From Amoebophrya sp. A120 (lineage: Eukaryota; Protista; Dinoflagellata), in the NCBI GenBank assembly GCA_905178155.1, contig CAJINV010000003.1:8251117-8315116 (forward strand): a stretch of DNA of 64,000 nt. The letters are read 5' to 3'. A model generated the notes under the pieces. It saw nothing but the letters and a program-made list of their open reading frames with translations, was not told the origin of the DNA and made no database searches. Position 1 is the first letter of the stretch. Each line of letters starts with the position of its first letter. Below, piece after piece: positions 13,163-24,700 of the stretch. Made by a program: the position numbers and the translations under genes.

Positions 13163-14231
13163 ATAATTCTTGCTGTGTGCACCAGGGTCCCTCTACTTCC
13201 AAGATAGCTTCCAAAAAGCTGCTGTTTGACAACAGTAACTAAGGCATAACCGTGCCTGCTGAGAGCCGGCTGCCCTAGCTCCCTTTACGAAGTGTAGCGA
13301 AAACTGACTATACTGTGTAAGTGTGCAGTTTTGCAAGCTGAATTCGAAATGGAGCCGGCAAACGAATTCTTGTAATTTTTGTCAAGCTTTTCACATTCCA
13401 TTGTTCATTTCTGCGTCAATGACATCAACTTTTTCCAGAATTGTCCGCGGCAGTGCATGGTGGCCGAGTCCTGCACACCCTCGCTGCGACGGCTGCTCAG
13501 CGCCTGCACGTCTTGTGGCTCCCGCGGATCGATGTGAAGAAAATTTATTGATCCGTATTAGAGCATTGCCATTGGCACCGTTTCCATTATTATTAAGGTT
13601 GAAGTTCTGTCGCCCTGGATTTCTCTTTACTGCATGAGCTTCCCCTCGGACAGGCATATGTGTAGGTGCTCTAATTGGCGGCCGCGCCCCGTAGTTGTAA
13701 CACCCAGCGCAGTAGTTTTAGACGCGGCTGTTTTCGCGGAAGACCAGCATATCGCAGGTACCCATCATGGTGTAGCACCTCAATATTTTCTGGAAGCTGT
13801 GGCTGGTTTCCCAACAAGTTCTACCGTTCTGATGCTGACGATGTAATTATTACGTATTCCTTCGCATCATGCACATGCAGATGCGAGCATCCTAGTCCTA
13901 CTCTGACGACTGTCGAAAGATAAGGTATATCACCCGGTATTTCGTGCTCAATTGATATTAAATTTGCTTTGATTTTTGTGTCTGGTCTACTTCTGCATTT
14001 CGTTTTAGGCTGCTTCTCGCGTCTTGTGCCACGCGTGAAATTATCCGCAGATGATGTGTAAGGTGGGCAAGGCCATGTACATGTTGAATTTTTGGACCAA
14101 AGAAATGCAATTATAATGAAATTCATCTTATCCTGGCCGATGAAGTAGTCAGTCTTCTGGTTGATGAGCATGTCGTTGAAGGTTTAATACCTGTGTTTAC
14201 ATGCAGTTCACGCTTTCTGTTCCTTTTAATG

Positions 14232-14356
14232 TTTTGCGTGTGCGCAAAGAAGGAGAAAGTGCGCCGCAGAGCGGGGTGATCCTTCTTTGCGTGTGCGCAA
14301 AGAAGGATCACCACGGCAGCGCGCAGGAAGGAGAAAGTGCGCCGCAGAGCGGGGTG
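14232..14356. repeat. Local interleaved direct repeats (22 and 30 bp)
   Basis: tttgcgtgtgcgcaaagaagga occurs twice and gaaggagaaagtgcgccgcagagcggggtg twice (14249, 14327). Confidence 0.8.
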
Positions 14357-15495
14357 CGCGGGGTGTTGGCGCGGGAGGAGCGGAACCGCGCATGTCCAAT
14401 CAAACCAAGTGGCGCATGGCATCCGGGATGGCCGCTGCAGGTGATCAAGAACAACAAGTGAACGAACGCGATCAGTCGCATTCCGCAAGAGAAGTACAAT
14501 TGATGCCCAGTCAAAATATCTAAGTCCCGTCGCGTAGACATAAGAAGCGCTACTAGTCAAGCACCACAGCACAGACAAAAAGTAAAACAAGAAAGTAAAA
14601 GCGCAAAAAGAAAAACACAAAGCAGGTAAGCCGGCCCTCGAAGGGCGTAAGACTTCTACTAGAGGAGCAGCCATCAAGGGCGGCTTGGTGTGGAGGTCCA
14701 GCGGGTCGTTGTTCGTGAAGTTCTGAGTGCTTGTGTCCAGAGCGAAAAATCAATCACCAAATAAAAATCTTGCTTTGTCGCGACACAACGCGCGACGGTC
14801 AGTACAAGCGTTCCACAAAATTATGTACTGTCTGCACGACCTCGGGCGACTGCTGACAGGTAACTCTGTTGCGGGGCCCCTCACAACCACCGGTAGTAGT
14901 GGCTCACGTCCTCTCGTCGAACAGGCGTGGTCGTAGCGGCTCACCGGGTACACATTGGCCACGGCCTTTACGAACCGGCTGTCGTCGCTACGCCACAAAT
15001 CCCAAAAAATCTTTTGCACCCCAAGCCATCTCGCTGTGGTTAGACTCGCATCACGGTGTTGTAGCCAGGATGTTGCGCTGTCTATCCGCCGGGAAATTTC
15101 TACATCAAGTGAAGCAAGCGGCATAACAACTTCCAGAGAGCCACTACAATCAAGCGGATCCGAAAAAAGGGGCGATCGTAGGCAGACTCGTTGTGGGGCT
15201 TTAAGCACGCGGAAGAAGACAGCCGGTCGCTTTTGCTGGAAATTGCGGCGTTACAAATCTACGGTGCTTGGCTTGACCACAACAAACAGATGTCCTATGG
15301 TTAGCTTAAGAGAGAGATAGCTTAGTAGATAGAAGCTGACTATAGAGTTTTCCTCCTCCTCCTCCTTTAATGTTTTGCGTGTGAATGCCCATCCAACTCC
15401 GAGTCCGTCTTCGTGATGTTTTTTTTTGGCATTACCTTCGGTGCATGGCCATTGCGGCGCTGGTAGAAACACTACGAAAATAGAGTTTTTCTGTT

Positions 15496-16203
15496 GTGAT
15501 AGTACGCGGGCCGTCCATGTGGATTTGTTGCAACAGAAATCAAATGGTGGTCGTCTTTGGGTCCGGGTCCGCGCGTTGCACACCCTCTGTGAAAGGCGCC
15601 AGTAGAGCTTGGCAGTTCCTCTCGGTTCTCGCGGGTCTCTCATGTCTCTTCTCACCCAGGACTCGTGTCGTGGGACTCGTCCGCGATGAGCTCACGCGAC
15701 ATGCAGATGCGTCCCTCGGCGACCCGAGTGGCAGCAGCGAGGAAGGAAACTACGCTAGTCCTGGGACAGAGAGCGAGACGTCGTCAAGAATGGCATCGTC
15801 AGGAGTTGTGCCAGAACTGAAAGCGGCGGTTGAGGTAGGCGCAGCGAGTGGACAGCGCGACGAGACAACTGCCGACGAGGAGACCTCTACTACTTCCAGC
15901 ACAAATGAAGATTTTGCAGCTACCGCTTCGTCCAAGCTGGAACTCGGTGTAGAAATTGTAGCAAAAGTAGAGGACGGTGACGGAGCGACGCGAGTACAAC
16001 AGAAAACGAGCAGGAAAAAGACCAACAGTACAATTGACAACGATGTCGACATGGTGGCAGGCGACCCGGATCCGGATCCGAAACCTAGTCAAGCGTCCGC
16101 TGCTCGTGATAAGAACGTCGACGAGAAGTTGAACATGCAGCAAGATCGCAAGCGTCCTTATGGCGTGTTCAAGCGTTACAGATTCTCACCTGAAGATCCA
16201 TGA
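15496..16203 (+). CDS. Hypothetical low-complexity protein or exon (may belong to the downstream gene)
   Basis: 235-aa ORF with a hydrophobic N-terminal segment and an S/T/E/D-rich body. Confidence 0.4.
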   Translation: MIVRGPSMWICCNRNQMVVVFGSGSARCTPSVKGASRAWQFLSVLAGLSCLFSPRTRVVGLVRDELTRHADASLGDPSGSSEEGNYASPGTESETSSRMASSGVVPELKAAVEVGAASGQRDETTADEETSTTSSTNEDFAATASSKLELGVEIVAKVEDGDGATRVQQKTSRKKTNSTIDNDVDMVAGDPDPDPKPSQASAARDKNVDEKLNMQQDRKRPYGVFKRYRFSPEDP

Positions 16204-17042
16204 AGTTGTTGTGAAGATGCAACAATAGCGAAAGCAAAAACAAAAAGTGAAAGGGAGAACGTTGTTGCGCGTCTTGCATTCTTGCCGATCTGGCACGGAT
16301 TCTAATGCTATGTAATTTAAGTAGCGCGGCGGGGTCTATGAGAGAGTGTGACTGTGTCGACGAGAACTTACTTGTCACGCGAAGAAGGTTGGGCGTGTGC
16401 AGCGTGATAGTGATTCTGTATGAAGACAAGAAACCATGCAATAGGTCTTGAAAGGGTGACTTCTAGTTCTAACGTTTGACCGCCCCATGGTCCTCCTGAA
16501 GAACACGAGAAAAAGAGCCCGTCGTCCGCTACGCGGGCAAGAAATAGTCGCAGTACGTCTCGTCCACCACCGCGAGACGGAGACGCTCCTGCGACAGGGG
16601 ACGACAGGAGGTTCAGAAGTGCCGATGCAGTTACTGAAGATCATAATCAAGTGCAAGAACAAGAACAGCAGGACCTACAACGGCAGCATTCCGAGCATGA
16701 TCGGAAATTATGGGACACGTCCAGCCACTTTTCAGACGGCTTAACAAAGGCGCGGAGGAAATTGCTGCAAGCGCGCATAGGGCTCGTGACGCGGAGGGGG
16801 TGGAAAAGCGCGACGGAGTATATGCTGTGTAAAAACCGATACCCACCGAAGATTTGTCATGCTTATAATTTGCATGCCGATGCGTCTGCATCTGCATGCC
16901 CAGACCCAGCGCATATATCCTTCATGCAGGTTTGGGTCTTCACCTTCAGGGCAGGTCTTTTCTAGACCAATGGTACAGAAAATTTGGTAGCTAACTATGC
17001 TCTAATCAGGATAGGATTAGGAACACAGGGCAACTACACTCC

Positions 17043-19735
17043 GTGTCCAAATTTACTGTCGTGCGTATCAAGAGTACTATTCGTTGCTGGATGTCCTCGT
17101 CATGGACCAACGGGATGGGTACATTTTCACTCGGGACAGAACCTTTGGTTCAAAAGTGGTTGCAACGTTTGACGCAAGAGGCAATGCTAGTGACGAGCGC
17201 AACCTCCCACAACGTGCAGAAGATGATCACAGTTGAGGAGCGTAATGCGGAGCTGCTTCACCTGCAGCAAAGCTTGTGCCAGTGGGTTCGGTTTGGTATT
17301 GAGTACACGCATCAGAAGTGGATTGGTACCCGACCCGGCAACATCCCCTTTGTCATCAACCCGCTGAACCCGGGCGCTTATTTTCGCACGCTGAATGGGC
17401 AAGAGGCGAATACGGTAGAAATGTGCCGCAAGGCGTGCACGGATACGGACGGGTGTACTCATTGGACGTACATAGACTGGGACGTGGAGCATTGGCCACT
17501 GAACAGCAAGGATTTTCGTTGCTTCTTGAAAAACTTTGACGTGCGACGTTTTCACAAGCGGCAATGGATACTATGGGTGGGCGAGTTTCGAGGAGTGCGG
17601 TTTTCGAACTTTAATCCGAATCATCGCTCTGCCAGCGGGGTGAGCTGTCGACCCACCGCGAACAGTTCACCGGAGCAAACCCTTTGCCGACTGCTCGGGT
17701 CCGCCGCCGCAAAACTAAATAAAAAATGCGACAGCATTCTCTTCCCCTCTCACAAGTCCGAGGACTCGGCCGGAGCGACCACCCACAGTGAAGAACCCAG
17801 CGCCAGCGCGTCTGTGTCCTCTTCCAAGCAGCCAACACCAGAAGGCGAAAGCAGAAGGAGTTCCACTTCGCTTCTGTCCGAGGTTGACGCTAGCGCGCAA
17901 TCTCTGCATGACGCAGACGATCTAGCATACGGAAAAGCACAGCCACACGCACATGCACACCAGAAAAAGAATGAATTTAAATTGAAGTTACGGCGCAGCT
18001 GCAGGTTGTTCCCTGCAATATTAAATAAGTAGCCCCACTGAGTAGATGAGATGAAACACACACAACTACAGGCACATCTTTGGACCGCCACAAATTGCAC
18101 GAGGACTGATTTTCTGCTATGGTATGGCTGTGGCTGTTGCTGTGCTTTGCTGTAGCTGAATACGCTCACCGGGTACACGGAAGCGCAGACAGGCACAAAG
18201 AAAGGTTGACTCGCCGTCGACGCGCCCGCGGAGACAACCCTTCGGAGGGAGACAAAGACGAGTTGGAGGGAACCACGCCGGTAGAAAGGCGGCACATAGA
18301 AAGAAAGACCAATGAAACGGCAAATGGGAGTCCGCGTCCGTGGTGGGGCGGTGTGCTCGCGTCAGCTCAACACGCCGCCGCGTCAGCGCAACACGCCGCC
18401 GCGTCAGTTCCACACGCTGTTGTTGATGCCGCGCACTGGGCGCAAGAAAAGGTCGGGGATGCAGCGCAGAGTGCCAGGCGTGCGCTCGAGAGCGTGCCTT
18501 TGGTCCGCTCGGCTGAGGAGAAGCTGGGTATTCCTCCAGCACCACAAACGGACGACGAGTGGCGCGCAAAGATCTCCGCTACGAGCCTGATTTACCACGG
18601 GTTTCGCATTCCGCACGAAGAGCTGTTTGCCATCTTTCGCACCTGGGACCACTCGTCTTCCAGCTACCCTGATTCCGTTCACGGGCGAGGGACATCAAGA
18701 ACGCCTAACAATCATAGACCAGAGGCGGTGGACCCTGGCGTCGAGGATGAGCATGAGCTTCCTCGTGAGCTGCGCGCGGTGTTTCGCCTGCCCTTGCTTC
18801 CGGTGGAGCAGAAGGGACCGGATGGAGCCACCTACTCGACCACCTACCAGCAGGACGATCCTCGCGGAAGTAGCAAGGAACCGGAAATGACCAAAGTCAT
18901 GCGGATGTTGCACACCGAGCGTGCGAGAAAGTTGTTCAAGTACGACCCTGAAAAGGGAACCACAATTATAGCCTACATCTCCACAGACATGTGGCCGCCG
19001 GATATGGAGCGCCAGTGGATGTCTTCGACTGCTTTGTACAAACACTTGGAGGGTAGCTGGGTGCAGCGGGATCCGAACTCCGATATCGCCATCGCGCCGG
19101 AGCGGCATCAGGCAAGGCACATTCTTTCTGTCTCCGACGCTATCGGGTCACTGCATTACCGTCAATGGCAAATGGCGTCACGCGACGTAAATTTCTTTTT
19201 TTCGACCATGTTCTCGCACCGAGGGGGCTATGACCAAGCCTTTTTATTGAAGAACATGCACGAACACACGACCGCCTTTGCCATGCAGTCCATTCCTGAT
19301 CTCCTGAGCGCCGAATACGACCCGAATTCCCTACAGGGCCTCGAACTCATCCACCGACTTCTCACGCACGCCAGCGCTGGGACGGACGACAAGAACCCCG
19401 GACGAGGTGCAGAACTACAAGAAGACCGTGGCGCGGGTAGAAGAACGTCGACGTCCAAGAAGGATGTCGAAATACGGCCGCGGGCCCACGACCGCACGGA
19501 AAAATCCTTCACTCCTGCGAAAAATCACTCCGTTAGCACAGCGGAGGAGCTTCTGTCTCCTTACAAAAACCTCGAAGACCTAGCGTCGCGAGTGAATTTG
19601 TCTCCGTGGGCGCAGAAATCTCGGACCACTAGTGAGAGGGCTTTGGCGACTCTCCTCTGGGTGGCTGGTGATCTCAACCATCTCTTCCACGATCGGGATC
19701 AAAAACGCCATAGTGGTGTCGCCCAAATGCGGTAG
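17043..19735 (+). CDS. PAN/Apple-domain-containing protein (ORFs 17043 and 18119 joined)
   Basis: VEMCRKACTDTDGCTHWTY...RCFLK PAN motif; removing the IR-bounded segment at about 17920-18165 joins the two ORFs in frame. Confidence 0.6.
17920..18162. mobile_element. Degenerate TIR introner
   Basis: IR agcatacggaaaagcacagc...cagaaaa / ttttctg...gctgtgctttgctgtagctgaata; removal +5 nt (or through DR acg) is frame-restoring. Confidence 0.6.
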
Positions 19736-19762
19736 GAACTGCTCACACAGCTCCGGAATGCG

Positions 19763-19953
19763 TATGAACAAAACGAAACAAAAAATTTCTTTGATGCGTT
19801 TGCGGCTTGAGGACAAAAAGAAAAAAGAAATCGAGATCAGATTTTTACTCTTGCCCACGCCTCGCGACTTTGATGCAGGAGTATGCAAGCTATGTATCCA
19901 CACGAGGACAGTTGTCGCAGCGCACGAACTGTGTTCGAATGTTTTTTGACATA
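19763..19953. mobile_element. Possible degenerate TAT...ATA introner
   Basis: tatgaacaaaacg / tgttttttgacata; the flanks do not match. Confidence 0.35.
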
Positions 19954-20319
19954 CGAGAGCTGAAACGCAAGTGGTGTGTTCTTGGATACTCAAGGGAACG
20001 TGAAAATGGAGAGCAGCTCTTTAAATTTCATCAATTTTTACTCTACATCCGAGTCCATATCATCTAACCCTAACGCAACCTAGACCTCCTACACCTATAC
20101 AACACAAAGAATTTGCTGACGGCGCCATCGTGTCTTCGTGAAAGAGAAAATCATGTGAGGGGTACTTTTTTTGTTTGGGTTTTCAACATGGAAACCGATG
20201 CCAAATAATTTTGCATCGGTTTTTTCTTGTTGACAGATGAAGACCTCTAACTATAATATCTACGATTTCCAATTCCAGAACGACCTGATCGTTTCCTCGA
20301 AGCAATATATCTGTTCACT

Positions 20320-20847
20320 ATGTCGACGAAGATGCAGCGTGGCACTGGCGGAAAATCCTCGCCAGTAGAGCCCACCGACGGGACAGAACACGGAGTGCCC
20401 TCGCCGGATCTGTTATGGTATCTGCTCGGCTCCTTCACCGATAAGGTTTCTGCCGCCCTTGTCTCTGCTTTCGAGGGTGCCGAAAAGGTCGTACTGCCAA
20501 CCTGGGCCCTTCCAACGATAGCGATTCTCACGGTCCTCGTCGTGTTCCGGTGGCGAATACTGGTTGGCATTTTGTACGGTTGGACGTGGATGAGACGGCT
20601 CAAGCGGAGTATTTTCGGCGATCCACTTGCTGATCGTCTAAACAAACCAACCGCAGTGACCTTGCAGCCTGAAGAAACTGGGCTGCACCAGTTGGACGTC
20701 AAGAAGGGCACCTCTTCCGCGTCACAACAACAAACGTCGGCGGAAACCGCCGGCAGCCACGGCTCCCCAGGCAAAGAAAAACTGGATTTGGGACAGAAGA
20801 TCAAAGCCAAGTGGAAAAAACTGATCCAGAAAGATAAGGAAGGATAA
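20320..20847 (+). CDS. Small single-pass membrane protein
   Basis: Uninterrupted 175-aa ORF with TM segment WALPTIAILTVLVVF. Confidence 0.6.
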   Translation: MSTKMQRGTGGKSSPVEPTDGTEHGVPSPDLLWYLLGSFTDKVSAALVSAFEGAEKVVLPTWALPTIAILTVLVVFRWRILVGILYGWTWMRRLKRSIFGDPLADRLNKPTAVTLQPEETGLHQLDVKKGTSSASQQQTSAETAGSHGSPGKEKLDLGQKIKAKWKKLIQKDKEG

Positions 20848-21712
20848 ACATCTGCTAAAGTTGTACTTAGTTATCACAACGGTATTAATCGGGGATCGCT
20901 GGTCGCACAAAAATAGCAGGCCGCGGCTTGTTCTTCGAATAAAGATTGCCGCGTCTCGCTACGGTTCGTTGCGGCTCGCTCCGGTCCTTTTCAGCCCTGC
21001 TCCGATGAACTTGCAATTCTTGCAAAATTTCAATTGGCAACGACAAGAAACCTAGTAAGTCTATCCTGTCATCAAAAAGAACGCGACCAGAGGCTTTCTT
21101 GCTCTGGCTGCTGATGAAGCCTAAGTGTGAGAACGCGGAGATGATTTTCACCTGTGTACGTGACGAAGCTGCTTCGTGCACCGCGATGTCGTTTCAACCG
21201 GTTCCTCGAAAGAGATATGTGATAGATGTGATTCCTCCTGCAGAAATGGAAATCAAATTTCTTTGTTAATCAATGGCTGCGAATTTCTTTTATTGTTTTG
21301 TCGTTGTGTCGTTTCGTGGTGTCAATGTTATCGTTCGTACACACAGGCCGTTGAATTGAAATGTTTATTATGGTATACAAGGATCGCTTTAGGTCTGGGT
21401 TTCACTTTCATCTGAAGGTGATCTTTCCCGTGTCGGTCAAGAGGACATGCCACCCCAACTCATCGTATTTTTACCTACATAAATATATCCGATCTCCGTT
21501 GCAGTGGTGCCATTGCATGTTTGTTTGTTGTCCTTATCTATCAATGTACTTAGTCTAATAATATGCGCAGAAGTGTGAAGCGAAAAAAAGATGATGCTAT
21601 GAAAATTCTATTCAACCGAAGAAGTCAACCGTCATTTTTTGTTTCCCTTGGCTTTCTTGAGACGAACAGAAGTGAATTGACGAATCGATGTACTTAGTAT
21701 AAATATGGAACC

Positions 21713-24700
21713 ATGGATTTCGCGACGCCTGCCCCTCACACTCGCGTGTTTCATTTTCCGCCGGACGCCTCCGATGGCTTGCTTTTCACTGTTTTCGTAG
21801 AGGTTGCCATCGAACTCGACTACACGATCGTTGAAAAAGAAGAATTTTTCCGCGTGGTGGTGGCCAAATCTTCGCGACGGTCATCCGGATGGCCGCGGCG
21901 TTATTGATTGCTGCACCCGCACCTTGATTCTGGTTCTGCACAGCACCGGCTGCTGGGGGAATAGCGGCTGCACCGGCAACTTGACCCGGATTCTGCACCG
22001 CACCGGCTGCCGCTGGAAATGCAGCACCGCCTGTTCCCTGGTTGTTCGCCTGGGCTGCACCAGCGATTGCTGGACCCTGGAATGCGGGTTGGGCGGCGGG
22101 GGCTGCAGCAGCTGCTCCTCCCTGTTGCTGAACAGCATTCGCGATTGCAGCAGCTGGAATTCCTGCTCCACCAGCGGCGGGAATGTTGGGTAATAATCCG
22201 GCAGCTCCCGCGAGGTTGGCGTTTGCTCCTCCTTGGTTGATGATGGCCTGCGCTGCCGCAGCGACGGGTTGATTGGCCTGGGCACCAGCAGCGGGAATTC
22301 CTGCACCCTTGGCTGCACCAACAACTGCTGCGCCTGCGACTGCACCCCCTTTCGCCACGGGGACATGAGCACCACCTTTTGCCTTGGGGATGATGAATCC
22401 TTTGTTGCCTTTCCCTTTCGCTTTGGGGATGACGGGATCTGCTCCGCCATTGATAGCGTCCGCGTTCTGGTCGGGAATGTGAGCCGGGAAAAATGGTTTT
22501 TCGCGTGCGAAAAACTCTCTCGGTCTTTACGCTCAGGACAACGATTGTCAAATGCCAACCTGTTGTGTACTCTCACCACCAGGGCGAAGACTGCCTCGAA
22601 CAGAATGACTGAATTCCGAGGAAAAGTACACCAACAGGTCGAGACCTCGACGACTGTCGGTAGCTCAGAGGGAGGTGTCGCAACTCACCTTCATCAGAGA
22701 ATACGACGGTAAAAAATAAGTAGAGAAAAGAATTTTTCTCGACCGTCCTGAAGTCTGTGCCCTTATCTATCGCTTCGCTCTTTCGATTGTAAAATTGCAT
22801 TTCGTGGTGCTATATTCGGTATTTTTCCGCGTGGTGGTGGCCAAATCTTCGCGACGGTCATCCGGTTGGTTCCTGGGCGTTCGTTGAACTTGCTAAGAAA
22901 GCGAGGGGCGACAAGTGGGGACAGTCATCAATGGCTTCCTGTCTGTGCTGTTTGGGTTGGCGAGCGCTTGGTAGCTAGTCCGGGGCACCTACATCTCCCC
23001 CGACTCTCTGGGGCCCCTCCGGGTAGTCCTTTGTCTCGTGGCGCCTCACGGCATTGGCTGGCATGGCTTTGGCGACGGCGTTTGGCTTTTGGCGCGGCAC
23101 GGCGCCGTTCGGGTTTCTTCCCCGTTGGTTTGGCAAATTCTTTTGATTTTTGGCTTGGTCCTAGTCGGCTGACTGCCCGGTCGTTCTTCGGGGGTTTTCT
23201 AGATACAACCGCCTCTGGGGCAGCAGGGGGGCCCCGGCCGACCTCTGGTGGTTAGGGTCAGGAGTCGGAGTCGGCTGCTAGGACGGACCGCGGTGCCTTG
23301 GTAAACTACTTTTCCGGTTTTGCTTTCGCTTGTAACTTTCTTCTGTTACCTGGGGAAGTTCGTATTTCAGGTGCAGGCCGCTGTCTGCTTGGACCATTCA
23401 GGTTTTCCCCGCGCGGCGAGCGGGGGGCGGGGCACGGTCTCCGGGACCCAGTCACGGGTTATTCTGATAGATGCGTTTCCGGGCAGAACTGGGCCTTATG
23501 GCTGATCGGGAAGGTCTGACTTTACCTGTGTGTCTGAGCTTCTGCACTGCGGCAGGGGGTTTGCTTTGCTCACGCGGTATCATGGCAGGAGGGTCGTGCG
23601 TCGCCTGTTTTTTCATTCGTCGCGGTTTAGTTCCGAGATCTGAAAGGCGCCGCCTGATGTTGTTGGCTTTCTGGAGGAGCTTGTGGTAGGCCAACTCCCT
23701 TGAAAGTGTGTACGCGGCTATTTCTGTTCGACCCGGGCCGTTTGGGTTCCCGGGGGAGGGCTCTGCCCGGGGGGCTGTTAGTGTCGTTCCTGGCTGCAGT
23801 TTTTCCTTCTTCTGGTGGCTCTCGTATTCGTTCTCCCCACATCCAAGAGGCCGGCCGGGGGGCGGCTCTAAGCTGGCACACTTCATCGTGCAATCACGCC
23901 GAGGGGCTTTGTGGAAAAAACTGATCCAGAAAGATAAGGAAGGATAATCATCTGCCAAAGTTGTATTTAGTGACGGATGCACCCCGGTGCATCATTTTCG
24001 AGTAAGTGACGGAAAGACCTATGATTAGATAGAAAGGGCTAGCAGATCCCTGGTAAGCTAATGCACGGCGGCACGACTAGGAGTGGACCTGCTTTAAGGC
24101 GGGGGTCGTGCCATGGAATTTTATTTCGATTGGCTGGACCCAGTCTCGGTCGACTGGGGGCCAATATTTCATACTTAGTGGCGCGACGACTGGACCTGGT
24201 CCTGGTGAGGTGACTGGGGGTCGGGATCGCTCTAGTTCTCCTGTGGATGGAAAGGCTAGGCAGCTCTGGTTTGTGGAGCAGGGGCGTCAGGGCTCAGGGA
24301 CGCGTGACCCGTGCACGCGCGGCTGTATTACTATTTCTTACCAAGGACGCAGTAGGGCTTGGAAGAGGAACAGGTAAAGGATGGATATGGAGGCAGGAGC
24401 AAGGTAGTTTGCTAAAAGGGGCTCGCGCGCATGGTAGGGTTAGTAGGCAAGCGCAGAGCTTTTACTTTTGACTTATGATTTTATTGCTTGTGACTTTTAT
24501 TCTTCACTAGGAGGTGGAAGCATTGTGGGTGCTGGCTACCTAGGATGATCGAGCTCGCATCTCGCGGCGTCGGTGGTACCTACGGGTTAGGCGAAGTCTA
24601 CGGAGGCAGGCTACTCGTGGCACGTATTCAGTGGCATACCTGGCGCAAGGAGCCAGAGGCTTTTAACTTACGGACCGGGCAGGCTCTGCTCCTGCCTTGG

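Noticed and set aside
16821-17071. Introner with a gagta direct repeat
   Set aside because: Probably an intron, but the IR is weak and the alternative junctions give conflicting frames, so the boundaries are not supportable.
18359-18416. 21-bp tandem repeat
   Set aside because: Ordinary coding repeat (ASAQHAA).
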